Positions 15,729 to 18,489 of a DNA stretch of 18,489 nt are shown piece after piece. Numbering within the stretch: the stretch's first letter is position 1; every line of letters begins with the position of its first letter. The position numbers and the translations under genes were made by a program. The stretch comes from Candidatus Heimdallarchaeota archaeon. Its GTDB lineage: Archaea; Asgardarchaeota; Heimdallarchaeia; JABLTI01. The notes under the pieces were generated by a model. It saw only the letters and a program-made list of their open reading frames with translations. It had not been told where the DNA came from and made no database searches. Location of the stretch: contig JAUWKS010000061.1 in NCBI GenBank assembly GCA_030614005.1, positions 1 through 18,489 on the forward strand. The letters are read 5' to 3'.

Positions 15729-17120
15729 ATGACCACTGAGGATAAGATGGCTGAAATTCACTTGCAAGTATTGGAACGAATACGACCTGAAGCTGCAGAG
15801 AAAAATCGTCTCGAGGGTGAATTTCAAAAAATCAAACAACAAATCAAAACGATACTTAAACAAAATAAAATAAAAGCAGAAATTGAGCTTAGTGGCTCGT
15901 TCTCTCGAGAGACTTGGTTGTCCGGAAACAGAGATTTAGATATTTTTGTTAAAATGCCATACAAGAGTAAAGTTACTCCTGACCAACTAGTTAAAGTAAT
16001 AAGAAAAGGCATTGATTTGCCATGGCAGAAAAAACACGCACATCACCCGTATCTGTTTACTGAAAAAGATGATTTTGAGATTGAAATAATACCTTGTTAT
16101 CAGATCGAAAAAGGAATGAAATTAAGAAGTGCAGTAGATCGCTCACCACTACATCGAGCATTTATAACCCAAAATATGCCCATAGGTTCTAATGATGAAG
16201 TTAGATTATTAAAGCAATTTATGAGAGGAATAGGCATTTATGGTGCTGAAGTAAAAGTGCATGGGTTTTCAGGATATCTGGCGGAATTATTAATAATTCA
16301 CTTTGGAGGGAAATTTTCCTTAGTATTAAGAAATGCAAAAACACTTCCAGGGAAAACAATCACTTTTGTTCCAGATTTGAGTATAGACTCGAGTAAGTAT
16401 AGTGGTGAACCAATAATCGTAATTGATCCTACTGACGATTCTAGAAATGTTGCATCCTCAGTAAAAATATACGCATTGAATGAATTCATAGTTGCAGCAG
16501 AAAATTATCTAAGAGAACCAAAAATAGATTACTTCTTCCCAAAGAAAATCGTTGTCGATGAATTACTGTTGAAAGAAATGAAGGAAAGCCCAGTCAAACT
16601 GTCCGTGGTTGTTCATAAACGAAAAGAAAAAATCGTTGATGATGTTTTATGGGGACAAATCAGAAGATTTGAAAGAAGCATAAAGACATACTTGGATCAT
16701 TGTGAATTTAATCCAATCAAAGTAGATTCGTATATGGACGAAGAAGATATTATTACTGCTATTGTAAGCAAAGAAAATATTGCCCCAGAATTTCATTGGC
16801 GAATTGGTCCTCCAATAAATCACATTGCTCAGGTAAAGTTTCTTGAGAAATACAAAAACAACCCTCTTGTAGTATTTGGTCCTGATGTAGCAAATGGCCG
16901 ATGGAGAGTTTTACTCAAACAAAAACAATTTACTTTGGAAGAAATAATCAAAAAAGGCATGCAAGAAAACAGTATTGCTATTCCATCTCATCTACAAGTG
17001 AGTGAAAAGAACATTGAAATTATAACAAAGGATGAAATATTACTAAGGTTTGCAAAGAATGAAACATTGATCGCTTGTTTATACCACTTACTAATAGGCA
17101 AACCAAGTTTTGTAAGATGA
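15729..17120 (+). CDS. cca: Class I (archaeal) CCA-adding tRNA nucleotidyltransferase
   Basis: GSFSRETWL..RDLDIFV, AVDRSPLH, EVRLLKQF, GFSGYL.ELL and DPTD..RNVAS. ATG 15729 lies 8 nt after GAGGA. Confidence 0.97.
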   Translation: MTTEDKMAEIHLQVLERIRPEAAEKNRLEGEFQKIKQQIKTILKQNKIKAEIELSGSFSRETWLSGNRDLDIFVKMPYKSKVTPDQLVKVIRKGIDLPWQKKHAHHPYLFTEKDDFEIEIIPCYQIEKGMKLRSAVDRSPLHRAFITQNMPIGSNDEVRLLKQFMRGIGIYGAEVKVHGFSGYLAELLIIHFGGKFSLVLRNAKTLPGKTITFVPDLSIDSSKYSGEPIIVIDPTDDSRNVASSVKIYALNEFIVAAENYLREPKIDYFFPKKIVVDELLLKEMKESPVKLSVVVHKRKEKIVDDVLWGQIRRFERSIKTYLDHCEFNPIKVDSYMDEEDIITAIVSKENIAPEFHWRIGPPINHIAQVKFLEKYKNNPLVVFGPDVANGRWRVLLKQKQFTLEEIIKKGMQENSIAIPSHLQVSEKNIEIITKDEILLRFAKNETLIACLYHLLIGKPSFVR

Positions 17121-17129
17121 TAAAATTAA

Positions 17130-18302
17130 CTAGCGTTTTCTTTTTCTTCTTCCTTTAGATTGAAAGGCAAATTTGATTCCGCGTTTAACCTCTTGGACAT
17201 GATATTTCCATGAACGTGAATCTATGAGCTGTTTGCCATTTTTGGCGATTTTATTTCGTAAAACTTTATCATGTGCTAAAAGTAAAATCGCTTCCTTAAT
17301 TTTTTGGATACTTTGTAAATCATGAACTAGAATTGCATTCTCTTTGTGGATGATCTCTCTATCATGACGAAAACCAGAAATTATCGATGGTAATTTACAA
17401 GACATAGCTTCGTACACAGTAAAGCAAGTAGATTCATTTATCGATGGTGAAGTAAAGAAATCTGAAGCGTTGTAATAACTCGGTAATTCTTCATCAGGAA
17501 CAAACCCAGTGAAAATAATGCGGTCAGCATTTTTTCGCTCTTTATTCACTACTTCCATTTGAGTTTTTTTGCCAACAAAGAGTGCATACAAATTTGGATT
17601 GTCATCCATTGCTGCATCCATTGCTTGAAGTAGTGTTTCAATATTTTTCTCTATAGAGATTCGACCTACAAAAAGTGATACAATAGCACCCTTAGGAATG
17701 TTGTGTTGTTTACGGATGTCAAATTTATTATTATTGGGATTAAATTCACTCTCGTCAATTGCAAAAGGGGTAAAGAATATTTTCTCATCAGGAACCTTTA
17801 ATTCAATCAGTTTCATTTTGAATCGATCTGTCGCATGGAAGAAAACATCAATAAAACCCGGATAGAAGATCTCCGAGATAAGTGCAGCAGTTAAATTGAC
17901 TACCCACTGAGGTCTGTGAAGCATTTCACGTAAAACCAATCTTTCATCCTGGTGTACAAAAAGACCTATCTTCTTGGATAATAATCTAGCAACGATTCCA
18001 CCAATAACTCCTATTGTAGCTATAGAATGAACAACAACAAAATCTGCTTTTTGAACTTCTTTCACTAAATCGCGATCTGGGAGAGCAATATAGTACCCCT
18101 GGGCATACCAGCCAGGAGTGGGGCAACGAACTACTCGAAGACCTGGGTAAGGATTTTCATATTTGTCTGTCCCCGGAATCTGAGGACAAACGATTGATAT
18201 TTCATGACCGTCTTTGACAAGCGCTTCTGAAATTGAATCAAGATATCGTATCACGCCGTCGTAAATTGGTTTATACGAGTCAACTAGAAAGCAAAATTTC
18301 AT
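17130..18302 (-). CDS. GT4 (GT-B) glycosyltransferase
   Basis: DSY.P..DGV N-terminus, FVGRISIEKNI, FTGFVP.EEL and the E-x7-E motif (ESTCFTVYEAM). ATG 18302 lies 8 nt after AGGTGAT. Confidence 0.94.
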   Translation of the reverse strand: MKFCFLVDSYKPIYDGVIRYLDSISEALVKDGHEISIVCPQIPGTDKYENPYPGLRVVRCPTPGWYAQGYYIALPDRDLVKEVQKADFVVVHSIATIGVIGGIVARLLSKKIGLFVHQDERLVLREMLHRPQWVVNLTAALISEIFYPGFIDVFFHATDRFKMKLIELKVPDEKIFFTPFAIDESEFNPNNNKFDIRKQHNIPKGAIVSLFVGRISIEKNIETLLQAMDAAMDDNPNLYALFVGKKTQMEVVNKERKNADRIIFTGFVPDEELPSYYNASDFFTSPSINESTCFTVYEAMSCKLPSIISGFRHDREIIHKENAILVHDLQSIQKIKEAILLLAHDKVLRNKIAKNGKQLIDSRSWKYHVQEVKRGIKFAFQSKGRRKRKR

Positions 18303-18374
18303 ACGCACTTATCACCTATTGTTTTTCTCTGTGTTAATATTCTACTAAAGGTTAACGTATATATGGTCTATCTT

Positions 18375-18489
18375 GGTTAACGCACTCTTAAAGAGTTGGT
18401 GTTAACTTTTGACTTTCTGCGAGTCCGCCCAACTCCAGAATGATTCTGGAGGAACTTTCGTTTGACGTTTGGCTGTCTGTCGCTAAAAA
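18375..18489. other. GC-rich multi-hairpin element, truncated at the window edge (structured RNA or mobile-element end)
   Basis: Three stems: gttaac..actct/agagt..gttaac (18376-18406), gactt/gagtc (18411-18425) and ctccagaa/ttctggag (18433-18451). 38 of 73 nt are G/C over 18411-18483, well above the AT-rich intergenic background. Confidence 0.4.

Noticed and set aside
236-16489. Short antisense or overlapping ORFs in the track (e.g. 236-427, 538-759, 9086-9364, 9142-9429, 12889-13233, 15408-15863)
   Set aside because: They lie over the tRNA or over well-supported genes, carry no motifs, and read as shadow frames.
18411-18489. Right-edge element as RNase P RNA or group II intron domain V
   Set aside because: gagtccgccc and gaggaa each resemble RNase P CR-I pieces but are in the wrong order. 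No AGC/CGC-triad domain V hairpin is present on either strand.

Overview
Low-GC, gene-dense archaeal chromosomal segment. Ribosomal protein eS26, class I CCA enzyme, TrmY-like SPOUT, UPF0147/UPF0201 proteins and AGGTGA/GGAGG ribosome-binding sites point to a TACK/Asgard archaeon; Asgard is my inference, not proven. Left to right it holds: the 3' end of an acidic protein built from 27-bp tandem repeats; tRNA-Gln(CTG); a four-subunit (gamma-delta-alpha-beta) 2-oxoacid:ferredoxin oxidoreductase operon resembling the Thermococcales VOR type; a coupled GNAT + MBL-hydrolase pair; an M24 Xaa-Pro peptidase; a PadR regulator divergent from rps26e; a TrmY-like protein; UPF0147; three uncharacterised genes (membrane-anchored multidomain protein, small Cys/His protein, standalone 7TM protein); an RNA-maturation cluster (yhbY, prs-like, trm11, rnz, UPF0201, thpR, cca); and a GT4 glycosyltransferase. 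No CRISPR array, integrase or complete mobile element is visible. Best leads: a Prs homolog with altered catalytic motifs inside a tRNA-processing gene run; a TrmY homolog with eroded motifs; the unknown membrane protein / Cys protein / 7TM block; an 83-nt three-way-junction element after the 7TM gene; and a GC-rich multi-hairpin element at the right edge. Family assignments come from motif recognition and remembered reference sequences; no searches were run.
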